Notes under the pieces: model-generated
Seen by the model: the letters and a program-made list of their open reading frames with translations, nothing else
Databases searched by the model: none
Told to the model about the DNA's origin: nothing
IMG/VR virus record: IMGVR_UViG_3300036985_005342
Location: 658 to 64,657 of that record
From: a virus
Taxonomy: Duplodnaviria > Caudoviricetes
Length of the DNA: 64,000 bases
Strand: one strand, 5' to 3'
In this document: positions 1 to 8,540 of the stretch, piece after piece
How the letters are laid out: the number at the start of each line of letters is the position of its first letter
How positions within the stretch are numbered: the stretch's first letter is position 1
Translations under genes and position numbers: made by a program

Positions 1-1
1 T

Positions 2-214
2 ACTTAGGTTGAGAGCAAGGCCGGAACTTGATGCCCCCGACAAGATCCCCTCGGCTTCCTTGAGCCATTGGGGCATCCTTTTCCTGATCGTCTCGATATG
101 AAGCCCGGAAGCCTCGGCAAGTGCCTTTGCGTTCAGTATGCGCCGACCATCCCCCGCCCCGTAGAGAAAGAGCTGCCGTGCTGTGTCCACCTCGAATTTT
201 GTGCCTGCTGCCAT
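2..214 (-). CDS. HTH DNA-binding protein, possibly terminase small subunit (runs off the window edge)
   Basis: Not in ORF track; my translation from ATG at 214: MAAGTKFEVDTARQLFLYGAGDGRRILNAKALAEASGLHIETIRKRMPQWLKEAE..., an HTH-like pattern; no stop before position 1. Confidence 0.5.
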   Translation of the reverse strand, partial: MAAGTKFEVDTARQLFLYGAGDGRRILNAKALAEASGLHIETIRKRMPQWLKEAEGILSGASSSGLALNLS

Positions 215-301
215 GCCGCTTTCTAACGATTCTCAGGATTTTGTCCATAAAAATCGTCCAGACCTCCATCCCCTTTCTCATTTTTTAACGATTCACCGCT
301 T

Positions 302-611
302 CATTATTTTACGTCAAGTGGTTTTAGGATACAAATTTCGCTAACTTAAACCCGCAAACCCTTGCGCCATAAACCCTCGTAAATTTTACCTAACCCTTTA
401 TAGCATTATAACCTATTAAGGGGGAGGTGCCCCCGCAGACGGAGACACGCTCTAAAAATCCAATAATTATTGACTTTCATCTTACCCCCCCCCTTAAATG
501 ATTATAATACAATATATATATAGATATATTTTTAGAGAGCAATAAAATCAAGGGTTCCGGGACGAAAGTTAGCGAAATCTCAATCCTAATTTGAATTGAC
601 GAAAAATAATG
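302..611. repeat. Large imperfect inverted repeat in AT-rich intergenic region (candidate origin/packaging/control site)
   Basis: 302-364 matches the reverse complement of 549-611 ungapped (~47/63 by hand, incl. ATTTCGCTAACTT); inner pair 405-424/489-508 shares the same centre (456/457). Confidence 0.8.
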
Positions 612-682
612 CTCCCCATTTCCATAAAAAACGATAAAAACAGGCTTGACTCCGGCCTCAGACCCCACAAGCTGCTGCCGCT

Positions 683-997
683 ATGAATACAGAACCAACA
701 ATGCCAGCCGAAGCCCGTGAGAAGTATCTCCGGCTTCACCTACACCCCGAATTGCAAGCCGTCGCCCTCGCCAAGCATTACCTTGAAATGGCGAAACTTG
801 CTCAACCCTTTCAAGACCTTGTGGACGAATGGCAGGCCGTTCGAGGCCGACCGAGAAAGCACAAGGGAAAATCCGTGGCACAGAGCCACGCCGAAGAGCA
901 AATCGAAAAAGTCGTGGATCACATCAAGCTAAAGCACTTGGAAGATTTCGGCATCCCTCTCATCTGGAACAGAACCATCACCAACACCCCACAATGA
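683..997 (+). CDS. Hypothetical protein
   Basis: 104-aa ORF; stop overlaps next start (ATGA 994-997). Confidence 0.7.
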   Translation: MNTEPTMPAEAREKYLRLHLHPELQAVALAKHYLEMAKLAQPFQDLVDEWQAVRGRPRKHKGKSVAQSHAEEQIEKVVDHIKLKHLEDFGIPLIWNRTITNTPQ

Positions 998-2103
998 AAA
1001 CACCAACACGCAAACCCCGCCAACGTATCAACGAAAAGCTCGGAGACTACAACGCCCGCCTCCGGGAATGGATAAAGGAAAACAACGCCTCCACCTACGC
1101 CATCCACCACGCAAGGCGCGGCGGAGAGCTATCCGAAGATGAACAGGATCGCAACATCGAAGCCATCCGCGCCCGGATTGCCGACGAGCCGGATCTCCCG
1201 GTCAACCTCGCCCCATCCTACAAGCCCCACAAGCACGCCGAGGACGAGCGCATGGAGGACTATGAGGCAGGGGACACCCCACAAGCCGCCCCCTTGGAGC
1301 TGGGGCACCTCCAGCACCAGCTCGCCGCCCTCACCGTGCGCGTGGTTGAGCTGGAAAAGCTCGTCGCCGCCTCGGTGGCCTACCGCTCGCTCAAACCCTC
1401 CGCAAAGGCCAAGGTGGACAAGATCGACCCCTCCGTCGGTGCCGCCTTCAAGGACAAGCGCACCCTCCTCGCCCTCACGGTCTTCGAGCATGTGGCCGAA
1501 CTGCCCCGGAAGAAGAAAGTCGCCGCCAACTTCCCCAAGCTACTTTTGGGCGAATACGTCGATTCCAGCGTGGACGAAACGGTCAACACCGTCCGCGTGA
1601 TCCCATACACTGCCCTCCTGCACCGGCTCGCCGCCAAAAAGGATTTCCGCCCGTCGCTGGATGAGACCTCCTCGCAGGACAATGCGCGCCGCGCCATCGA
1701 GAAGTCCGGCTTGATCGTCACCACGATGCACGAGGCCGGTATCCGGCAAGGCTCCGCTCTGCTCGTGGTCATGGATCGCACGGAAGCCGAGGCTTGTGGG
1801 CTGGTGCGAAAGAGCCGCGATGTGGAGATCCAGCCCGAGGACGAGCCGGAGATCCAGCCCGCCCCCACACCCAAGCAAAGCAACCCTAGATTCACCGAGT
1901 GGAACGAGCCTGAGCCAACTACTGAGGATGTAGTAGATGAACCAACTACTACGGATGTAGTAGGCGACGAAGAGATCGACACCGAGCCGTGGGAAGAAGA
2001 AGAAGATGACGGCTTCAACGACGACCCCATCGCCCTTTTTCACGAGTCCGGGGAGCAGCAGAAAGCCGCGAAATCCTCGAAGGCTATTGACCTTTTCGCG
2101 TAA
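994..2103 (+). CDS. Hypothetical protein with coiled coil and acidic C-terminus
   Basis: ORF 829..2103, likely start MKTPTRKP at 994 (ATGA coupling); carries two 18-bp palindromes at 1919-1963. Confidence 0.75.
   Translation: MKTPTRKPRQRINEKLGDYNARLREWIKENNASTYAIHHARRGGELSEDEQDRNIEAIRARIADEPDLPVNLAPSYKPHKHAEDERMEDYEAGDTPQAAPLELGHLQHQLAALTVRVVELEKLVAASVAYRSLKPSAKAKVDKIDPSVGAAFKDKRTLLALTVFEHVAELPRKKKVAANFPKLLLGEYVDSSVDETVNTVRVIPYTALLHRLAAKKDFRPSLDETSSQDNARRAIEKSGLIVTTMHEAGIRQGSALLVVMDRTEAEACGLVRKSRDVEIQPEDEPEIQPAPTPKQSNPRFTEWNEPEPTTEDVVDEPTTTDVVGDEEIDTEPWEEEEDDGFNDDPIALFHESGEQQKAAKSSKAIDLFA
1919..1963. promoter_or_regulatory. Tandem pair of YTACY-N8-AGTAR palindromes (27-bp period) inside a CDS
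   Basis: CTACTGAGGATGTAGTAG (1919-1936) and CTACTACGGATGTAGTAG (1946-1963); same motif at 9916, 10354, 10381, 62528. Confidence 0.6.
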
Positions 2104-2126
2104 TCGAAAAATAAATTAAAATAAAG

Positions 2127-2156
2127 TTGACGAGTTCGTAGGCGTGCCCTACAAGT
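2127..2156 (+). promoter_or_regulatory. Putative early promoter
   Basis: AT-rich tract upstream, TTGACG-N17-TACAAGT in intergenic DNA before the early gene run. Confidence 0.55.
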
Positions 2157-2253
2157 AGCCCATCAACCGAGCGCACCGCGATGTCAATGCCGCGCTCTAC
2201 GACGACAGCCCTTCAGGATGGGCACCCTCTCTCAATCGTAACTCAACGGAAAA

Positions 2254-2889
2254 ATGAAAACAACAATCGCAATCAACTTAGGCCACACCTTCGTGGCAAT
2301 CGAAGCCGAACTCGTCGGGATCAAAGGATTAACCCTTGCCCTCCACAAAACCGTCGGCAAGTCCGGCTGGTCTATCTCAGATCCTCGAACTGGGTTTGCC
2401 GTTCACAGCGGGGCACCGAGTAAGGAAAGCGCACTCCACGAGGCCGCAGTCAAGATTGGCAAAGCTGGCGTGCAGGCTGTGAAAAACTCGATCCTCGCCC
2501 AGCCCAAGGCACCGGCAACCAACACCCTGAAACATCACTGCCCCGTGGTGAAGCCGAAGGCCGTGAAAGCCAACATCCCGGCCATTGTGGAAGCTATCCA
2601 CAACACCGTGCCCCTCACCGAGCGCGAGCAGGCGGCAGTCGTCACCGCCCTGAACAGCCGCACCGGCCAGCTCAAGGCAAAATCCCCCTCCGCTTTCGGC
2701 ACCCCGGACGAGCAGCTTGCCTGCGCGGCTTGGCAAGGTCTCCAGCCCAACGGCTACAAAATCGGCACCCTCTCGTGCATCTGCCTGCGTGGCGAAGCTC
2801 GTGAGCTATTCGAGAAACTCTCGAAAGTCCGCTGGCCTGCCGCCCTCGACAAAGACAAGCTCGCGCTTTTGGCTTTGGGGGCGTGGTAA
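2254..2889 (+). CDS. Hypothetical early protein
   Basis: 211-aa ORF, A-rich leader. Confidence 0.75.
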   Translation: MKTTIAINLGHTFVAIEAELVGIKGLTLALHKTVGKSGWSISDPRTGFAVHSGAPSKESALHEAAVKIGKAGVQAVKNSILAQPKAPATNTLKHHCPVVKPKAVKANIPAIVEAIHNTVPLTEREQAAVVTALNSRTGQLKAKSPSAFGTPDEQLACAAWQGLQPNGYKIGTLSCICLRGEARELFEKLSKVRWPAALDKDKLALLALGAW

Positions 2890-2925
2890 AATTCTCAGTA
2901 TCAACATCAAACCAACACCACCACC

Positions 2926-3663
2926 ATGAAAGCAATCCAAACAAAATACCTCGGAGTAACCGACACTAAACCATCGCGCATCAAGGCTTCAGCCGAGGGC
3001 GTGCGTCCCGCAACCTACACGGCCGACTACCTCGACCAGCTCGCCGACCTCGACCACCTCAACCGGCACGAGCGGGCGGCGCACTGCTTCGCCCTTTCCC
3101 GCAACTGGCCGACCAACCTCGCCAGCGGCGGACTGCCGGACGGGACTTATGCACACTGCTTCTTGCCGGAGGAAAAACCGCTCGACAAGCTCCAGCAGCA
3201 TGTCACCGGCAAGATCGAGCAGGGTGAGGCCGAGCCGGTTGTGGAGATCCCAGCCTTGCCGGAGACTGACAACCAGAAGCAGCAAGCTTATCTCGACTTT
3301 GTGAATAACTATCTGACGACGGAAGTTTTCGCCGAGCGGTATCAAATCACCACGGACGAGGCCTCGAAGCTGATCGCGGCGGGGCGCAATATCCACGAGG
3401 CACGAGCAGCGAAAAGCTTCACCGTGATCGCGGTATCCTCGAACACGAATAGCTTCGGCCTCAAGTCGATCATCCTCCTCGCCGAGGATGGCGAAGCGTG
3501 GGAGATCCTCAAGTCCGCATACAGCGATCCGCTTCCAAAGCGGGGCGACACGATCAAGCGTGCCGGGGGCGTGTTCGCCATCGGTTGCGAGTGCCCGCGC
3601 CGTCTTGCGGATAGTAGCCCAGCCGTGGCGAAGAAAATCATCGCCGAAGCAAAAAGAAAATAA
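2926..3663 (+). CDS. Hypothetical early protein
   Basis: 245-aa ORF starting MKAIQTKYLGVTDTKPSRIKA; CACCACC-ATG leader. Confidence 0.75.
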   Translation: MKAIQTKYLGVTDTKPSRIKASAEGVRPATYTADYLDQLADLDHLNRHERAAHCFALSRNWPTNLASGGLPDGTYAHCFLPEEKPLDKLQQHVTGKIEQGEAEPVVEIPALPETDNQKQQAYLDFVNNYLTTEVFAERYQITTDEASKLIAAGRNIHEARAAKSFTVIAVSSNTNSFGLKSIILLAEDGEAWEILKSAYSDPLPKRGDTIKRAGGVFAIGCECPRRLADSSPAVAKKIIAEAKRK

Positions 3664-3729
3664 ATTAACAATCTGCTTGAAACTGCCCTGCCGGGTGGGC
3701 TATTTACCCGGCGCAACACTACCACGACC

Positions 3730-3918
3730 ATGAAAAATTACATCCTACTGCAATGTGAAAACAATACCGCAATTTATTTTGTCGGCAAGCCCCTTGCTGA
3801 ATGGTCATTCGACCATTCCCAAGCCAAGCGTTTCGACGATTTGCTAAAATGCAAGCGCAAGCGCAACGCTCTTGTCAAAGCTCGCCGCCTACGCTCGCTC
3901 TGCATCATCCCTGCATGA
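3730..3918 (+). CDS. Hypothetical protein
   Basis: 62-aa ORF with CACGACC-ATG leader shared with neighbours. Confidence 0.6.
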   Translation: MKNYILLQCENNTAIYFVGKPLAEWSFDHSQAKRFDDLLKCKRKRNALVKARRLRSLCIIPA

Positions 3919-4127
3919 ACCGCAACCCCTCCGCCCTATCCCTGAGCCTTGTCGAGCGCATGTCCACCGACCCCGCCAGCACCCCAGCCCTGCGAGCCTT
4001 CCACGCGAAGCAACTCGTGGAGCTGCTGGCGGCGGTCAAGGTGGATCGCCCGAACCGCCCATCACCCTTCTCCCGCTTCATTGAACACCTAGAAAAACAC
4101 GACCATGAACACCACGCAAGACATTGA
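3915..4127 (+). CDS. Hypothetical protein
   Basis: Start MNRNPSAL at 3915 coupled to upstream stop. Confidence 0.55.
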   Translation: MNRNPSALSLSLVERMSTDPASTPALRAFHAKQLVELLAAVKVDRPNRPSPFSRFIEHLEKHDHEHHARH

Positions 4128-4365
4128 GAGACACGACAACCGCGAAGCCTACCTTCTCCCCGACTTTTGCGGGCAAGGCGACCGCATCATTGTTCACCCT
4201 CGCGGCCTTCCCCCCGGCTGGCGCGAGTCGAACATCAGCCCCGAAAAGCAGGCCGCTGCAAAGCTCGCCTGCCGCTACTCCCCGGAAAGGCGGGACGCAT
4301 CGCACGCCGTCTATCATCTCGACGCGGAGACGCTCGAAGTAATTCAAAAATTCACCATCAAATAA
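4105..4365 (+). CDS. Hypothetical protein
   Basis: 86-aa ORF, AAACACGACC-ATG leader. Confidence 0.65.
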   Translation: MNTTQDIERHDNREAYLLPDFCGQGDRIIVHPRGLPPGWRESNISPEKQAAAKLACRYSPERRDASHAVYHLDAETLEVIQKFTIK

Positions 4366-4373
4366 ACACGACC

Positions 4374-4616
4374 ATGAAAACATTTAAATACTGGTGGAAA
4401 TTCACCGGCCTCCGTGACTACCACGCGACGGGCACCATCCAAGCCCGCAACCTGCCGGAAGCCCTCGAAAAGCTCACCCACAAGCAGGCCTTCAGGCTCT
4501 CCGGCCAAACCCTAAAACGCCACGGCAACCGCCGCATCCATTTCCACGGAAGATGCGCGTGCAGCGGCACCGGAATCTCCGCCCCGCTCGTCGAGGGCAT
4601 TGTCGCCAACGCATAA
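4374..4616 (+). CDS. Hypothetical protein
   Basis: Start MKTFKYWW at 4374, AAACACGACC-ATG leader. Confidence 0.6.
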   Translation: MKTFKYWWKFTGLRDYHATGTIQARNLPEALEKLTHKQAFRLSGQTLKRHGNRRIHFHGRCACSGTGISAPLVEGIVANA

Positions 4617-4628
4617 CCCCACAAAACC

Positions 4629-4781
4629 ATGCAACCATACTGGATACCCCGCCAAGGCAAATCATTAAACCGTAAGCTTCACACCAAGCTCCGCCGCAAC
4701 ATCCTCCACGCTTCGCCGTGGGTGCTGTCCGCCGTCATCTCGCTTGGGGTCTTGCTGTGGCTCATCTCAATCTTCAACTGA
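4629..4781 (+). CDS. Small predicted membrane protein
   Basis: My translation MQPYWIPRQ...WVLSAVISLGVLLWLISIFN (50 aa); basic N-terminus, hydrophobic C-terminus. Confidence 0.5.
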   Translation: MQPYWIPRQGKSLNRKLHTKLRRNILHASPWVLSAVISLGVLLWLISIFN

Positions 4782-4785
4782 AGCC

Positions 4786-5034
4786 GTGAAACTCCACACC
4801 ACAACCACCATCACCCGCGAGGACACGCTCGAAGACGGCACCGTCATCGGCGAGCATGAAATCGAGATCGAGGCCACATACTACGCTGGCTCAAACGCAA
4901 CCTACGACCGCCCCGGCGACCCCGAGGACGTTCAAATTCTGTCCTCCACCATCAACGGCGAGGACGTGGATCTGACCGAGGACGAAGAAGAAAGAGCCAT
5001 CGAAGAAATTCTCAGAAACCCCCCGCACAACTAG
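4786..5034 (+). CDS. Hypothetical acidic protein
   Basis: GTG start at 4786 in the frame of ORF 4744..5034. Confidence 0.6.
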   Translation: MKLHTTTTITREDTLEDGTVIGEHEIEIEATYYAGSNATYDRPGDPEDVQILSSTINGEDVDLTEDEEERAIEEILRNPPHN

Positions 5035-5043
5035 AACACCATT

Positions 5044-5199
5044 ATGACCATTAACCGCACCAACAACACTGACCACATCACCATTGGCCGCAACGCCACC
5101 ATCACCTACGGCGTTGTCGTAGCTATCCACGACCGCAATGTCCGCAGATACAAGCGCAAAGCCTTTATCCAAAAACTTCAATTCTGGAAACGACCATGA
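5044..5199 (+). CDS. Small hypothetical protein
   Basis: 51-aa ORF MTINRTNN... fills the gap and couples to the next ATG. Confidence 0.45.
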   Translation: MTINRTNNTDHITIGRNATITYGVVVAIHDRNVRRYKRKAFIQKLQFWKRP

Positions 5200-5426
5200 A
5201 CCGATCCCTCGAAAAATTCCAAGACCGTTTCCCCGTCGGCTCGACCGTCATGTATTCCAACTGCGGGCGGCGTGGCGACGGCAACCTTGCCAAGGTCTCG
5301 GCCTACCTCCACCGCACCGGAGAACCCGAGCGTGTGGCGGCGATCCACCTGACATTCACCACGGGAGGCACCCACTTTGTCACCCCCAACCAACTCCAAA
5401 AATACTACCATAAAATCAGCGCATGA
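5196..5426 (+). CDS. Hypothetical protein
   Basis: 76-aa ORF, ATGA-coupled on both sides. Confidence 0.6.
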   Translation: MNRSLEKFQDRFPVGSTVMYSNCGRRGDGNLAKVSAYLHRTGEPERVAAIHLTFTTGGTHFVTPNQLQKYYHKISA

Positions 5427-5938
5427 AAAACAACAACGCAATCATCTCCGACATCATCCAAGCCCTCGAAGGCGACCAGCTCGTGCTGCGAGCCATCGAC
5501 GGGAAGCTCTGCAAGTTTGCCACTGCCCGCACCAAGAGGCAGGACGCGAAGAAGGTTTTCGCGGAGACCGGCCGTGTTACCCTTACCTTCGTTCACCGCC
5601 GTGACCTTAGAAGCGGTGCGCTTACCCTCCTCAGCAAGGATGGCGGGATTGTGGTTTATCGCAACAGCCTGACCGGCGAGGGTTGCCAGACGGTTGCCGG
5701 TATCCTCACCCGCCAATCCCCCAAGGACAAGATCGAAGCGGAGTCCGAGATCATCAAGGGTTGCCGCTTGCTGGGGGCAAAATACCTCGGTGAGGGCAAA
5801 ATCAAGACGGCCTGCGGCTCCAGCTTCCACATCACCCTCGACAAGCCGGTGACGGCGCAGCAAGTCCGCGATGCGGTCATTTGCACGCTGGCGTGGAAAA
5901 CAAAAATCTTATTCAAAATCGGCTTGACATCACTCTGA
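5423..5938 (+). CDS. Hypothetical protein
   Basis: 171-aa ORF, coupled start. Confidence 0.7.
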   Translation: MKNNNAIISDIIQALEGDQLVLRAIDGKLCKFATARTKRQDAKKVFAETGRVTLTFVHRRDLRSGALTLLSKDGGIVVYRNSLTGEGCQTVAGILTRQSPKDKIEAESEIIKGCRLLGAKYLGEGKIKTACGSSFHITLDKPVTAQQVRDAVICTLAWKTKILFKIGLTSL

Positions 5939-5990
5939 ACGGAACCAGAATAAAACCCAACCCCAACACCAACCCCAAACCAACAATAGT

Positions 5991-6215
5991 ATGCAAGGTA
6001 TCACTGAAATTCGTAAACAAAACCAAGTCAAGCGTGAAAACGCATCCATCAGCAGCGAAGCTCGCTTCGCACCGCTCTCCAACGGAGGCGTGCTTGTCAA
6101 CAACAGCGGCAGGGTGAAGACCCTCGTGGGGGATGCGGCTTCCGCTTTCCTCGACCGTGTTCGCGGCAAGAACGCCAACCAGCAGCGCGAGGTCATCCAA
6201 GCCTGCTTCGCCTGA
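5991..6215 (+). CDS. Hypothetical protein
   Basis: 74-aa ORF downstream of TTGACA at 5924. Confidence 0.6.
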   Translation: MQGITEIRKQNQVKRENASISSEARFAPLSNGGVLVNNSGRVKTLVGDAASAFLDRVRGKNANQQREVIQACFA

Positions 6216-6370
6216 ACGTAAACAGCTACCCCGTTCGTCCCTCTTAACAATGGCCTCATTACGAACTGACGTATGAACACGCAGGACGCTGCGGACTAGG
6301 GGATCTTTTAAACTACCACATGACGCTGTCGCCTCTAGCAGAAAAGGGGCAACTTCTCAACACTACCAAT

Positions 6371-6649
6371 ATGAAAAACAAAAACATTTACTTCGCTGAT
6401 TACAGCACTTTCGAGAGCCGATATTTCACCACCAACGGACTAGGCGAGCAAGTCACCGTGTCCGTCGGTCGCCGTGGACAAGCTCGCAACGAGAACAGTC
6501 ACACCGCTTTCGATGATTGCTGCGGTGGCCTTCGCCTCCTCACCGAGGAAGAAGTCCTTGACATTGTCGCCACGCTCAACGCCGAACAAGGCTACAAGCA
6601 GGGCGATGTGGAGGCCGATGGAACCCCTATCCTTACCTACGCACAATGA
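6371..6649 (+). CDS. Hypothetical protein
   Basis: Start MKNKNIYF at 6371, C/A-rich leader. Confidence 0.6.
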   Translation: MKNKNIYFADYSTFESRYFTTNGLGEQVTVSVGRRGQARNENSHTAFDDCCGGLRLLTEEEVLDIVATLNAEQGYKQGDVEADGTPILTYAQ

Positions 6650-6999
6650 TTCACATCCCCGACACCAAAAAAGGTCACGGCCTCGTCCTTGTCCGAGGCA
6701 AATACTTCGCCCTTCATTACGAGGACGGCAAGCAGAAACGCACCCCCACGGGGACGGACGACTGGGATACCGCCCTGCGTGCCCGCAACCTCATTTACCG
6801 CCGCCTCAAAAAGGACGGCGCGACGGTTAAGCGCAAGCTCACCCCCGCCGAGAAACTGGCCGCTGGCCGTGCCGATCTCTACATCCATCACCGCCAGCCG
6901 TTCTTGGTTGTGGTAAAGGGCAAGAAAGTCGGCGAGTTTGCAACGCGGAAACTTGCGCGGGAAGCGCGTGATGCTCATCTGGAGAACACAAAGCCATGA
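6646..6999 (+). CDS. Basic putative DNA-binding protein (AP2/integrase-arm-like beta motifs)
   Basis: GKQKRTPTGTDDWDTALRARN and VGEFATRKLAREARD resemble three-stranded DNA-binding modules; no recombinase catalytic domain. Confidence 0.45.
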   Translation: MIHIPDTKKGHGLVLVRGKYFALHYEDGKQKRTPTGTDDWDTALRARNLIYRRLKKDGATVKRKLTPAEKLAAGRADLYIHHRQPFLVVVKGKKVGEFATRKLAREARDAHLENTKP

Positions 7000-7406
7000 A
7001 CACACCTGAGACAGACCATCTTGAGAGCAATTTAGGCAACGCAGCACACCCTGTATTGTCGTCCTTTTGCCGTAAACTCGAACGCGAGCGCGACGAGTGG
7101 AAAGCACTAGCCACGCAATACTCAGGCGAGCGGGAGCATAACGCTATGCAAGCCCTAGCCTACAAAGCCGAACGCGACGAATGGGAATCAAAATACATCC
7201 AGCAAAACAAAGACCTCGGCTGCGAAATGATGGACCCAAACGGGACTATCTGGGATCACGCCAAGACATTGCAACGCGAGCGCGACGAAGCGCGGGGGCA
7301 GCGGGATATGTTGGCGGGAGCTTTGCAGAAAGTTAGCACCTCTTGGAACTTTGTTGAAGTCGCCCGCGAAGCCCTCCAATCCCTAACCCCGAACGAAAAA
7401 CCATGA
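6996..7406 (+). CDS. ERDEAR-repeat coiled-coil protein 1
   Basis: ERERDEW/ERDEARGQRDML...AREALQSLTPNEKP blocks shared with next two genes. Confidence 0.75.
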   Translation: MNTPETDHLESNLGNAAHPVLSSFCRKLERERDEWKALATQYSGEREHNAMQALAYKAERDEWESKYIQQNKDLGCEMMDPNGTIWDHAKTLQRERDEARGQRDMLAGALQKVSTSWNFVEVAREALQSLTPNEKP

Positions 7407-7861
7407 TAACACCAAAAACTAAAGGAGCCGATGCAATCATTGACGCATGGCTGATTGAAGGAGTCCACCCCCCGACACACCAAAAACTAAAGAAGCAACT
7501 GCGACGGGAATGGCCGATGCTCGCAAAGGCCATCGAACGACTGGTGAATGCGGAAGATTCTCCAGAGAACGCTTCAGCTAATGAGAACCGCGAATGGGCT
7601 TTGAAGGCAGAAAAAGAGCGCGACGAGGCGCGGGGGCAGCGGGATATGCTACTTGAGGAACGCGAACAATGGAGGCTATCATCAGTCTGCCGTGAGTTGG
7701 TTGAGCAGCGGGACATGCTGGCGGCGGCTTTGCGTATCGTAGCAGATGGAACAAGCTGCCGCGAGTGTGGAGGCGAGGATCAAGCTCTTATTGCTCGTGA
7801 AGCACTCCAATCCCTATTTTGTGATACCCTCCAATCCCTAACCCCGAACGCAAAACCATGA
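7403..7861 (+). CDS. ERDEAR-repeat coiled-coil protein 2
   Basis: Same blocks plus a CRECGG insert. Confidence 0.75.
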   Translation: MITPKTKGADAIIDAWLIEGVHPPTHQKLKKQLRREWPMLAKAIERLVNAEDSPENASANENREWALKAEKERDEARGQRDMLLEEREQWRLSSVCRELVEQRDMLAAALRIVADGTSCRECGGEDQALIAREALQSLFCDTLQSLTPNAKP

Positions 7862-8172
7862 ACACACCAAGAATGCAGGAAGCATGGGATAAATCCTCAA
7901 GAACGGCTGATGGATTTTATTCATCCCAAACTCCTGCGAGCGAATACGCTACTAGTTGCTATGACGAAGGATGTAAGCTAGAACGCGAGCTTGCCGATGC
8001 AATCCGCGAGCGCGACGAGGCGCGGGAGCAGCGGGACATGTTGGCGGCGGCTTTAATAAATTGTATGCCATTCATCTCAGGAGAAGGATGCGGAGAATAC
8101 AGTGACGCTAAACTAGCCCTCCAATCCCTAACCACGAACGCCGAGCCCATCCACGGCGAGAAACATGCCTGA
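7858..8172 (+). CDS. ERDEAR-repeat coiled-coil protein 3
   Basis: Same blocks; C-terminus reads into the attC-like site at 8133. Confidence 0.75.
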   Translation: MNTPRMQEAWDKSSRTADGFYSSQTPASEYATSCYDEGCKLERELADAIRERDEAREQRDMLAAALINCMPFISGEGCGEYSDAKLALQSLTTNAEPIHGEKHA

Positions 8173-8218
8173 ATACACAATCGAGCTTATCGCCGTTGGA
8201 TGCGGCGATTTGTTCATC
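8133..8218 (-). mobile_element. Integron attC-like recombination site 1 (86 bp)
   Basis: + strand folds GAAC/GTTC, 5/5-nt unpaired spacer, GCC/GGC, bulged C8203, CATCCA/TGGATG, bulged T8196, CGGCGA/TCGCCG. Confidence 0.75.
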
Positions 8219-8247
8219 CTCTTCCGAACTACCGACCAACCCCAATC

Positions 8248-8457
8248 ATGCCAAAATACAGCCTATCAGCACAAATCACCGTCTCCGCATTCTGTGAGGT
8301 CGAAGCCGACTCACCAGAGGAAGCTATCGAAAAATCCCAATCCATGGGCGCGGTGATCCACTCCTACAACACTGGAACGTCCCCGAAAGAATCATGGTGC
8401 GTCGAAGAGATCGACGGCGAACCCGTGGAAATCTCCGCCGAGGAAATTCTTCGATGA
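8248..8457 (+). CDS. Hypothetical acidic protein lying between two attC-like sites (cassette cargo)
   Basis: 69-aa ORF MPKYSLSAQITVSAFCEVEADSPEEAIE...; stop lies within GATGAAC of site 2. Confidence 0.7.
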   Translation: MPKYSLSAQITVSAFCEVEADSPEEAIEKSQSMGAVIHSYNTGTSPKESWCVEEIDGEPVEISAEEILR

Positions 8458-8509
8458 ACACCCAAGATCAGGCGCGGCGATAGCCGTCTCCTGTATCGAC
8501 CTGTTCGAC
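8453..8509 (-). mobile_element. Integron attC-like recombination site 2 (57 bp)
   Basis: + strand folds GAAC/GTTC, unpaired spacer, GAT/ATC, bulged T8494, CAGG/CCTG stem, bulged T8487, CGGC-GATA-GCCG. Confidence 0.7.
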
Positions 8510-8510
8510 A

Positions 8511-8540
8511 GCCCTCTCCCCTTTCGGGGAGGGGGTTTTT
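8511..8540 (+). terminator. Intrinsic terminator ending the early operon
   Basis: GCCCTCTCCC-CTTTC-GGGAGGGGGT followed by T run, at convergence with the prim-pol gene. Confidence 0.75.

Noticed and set aside
6646-6999. Integrase
   Set aside because: 117 aa with no tyrosine or serine recombinase catalytic motifs
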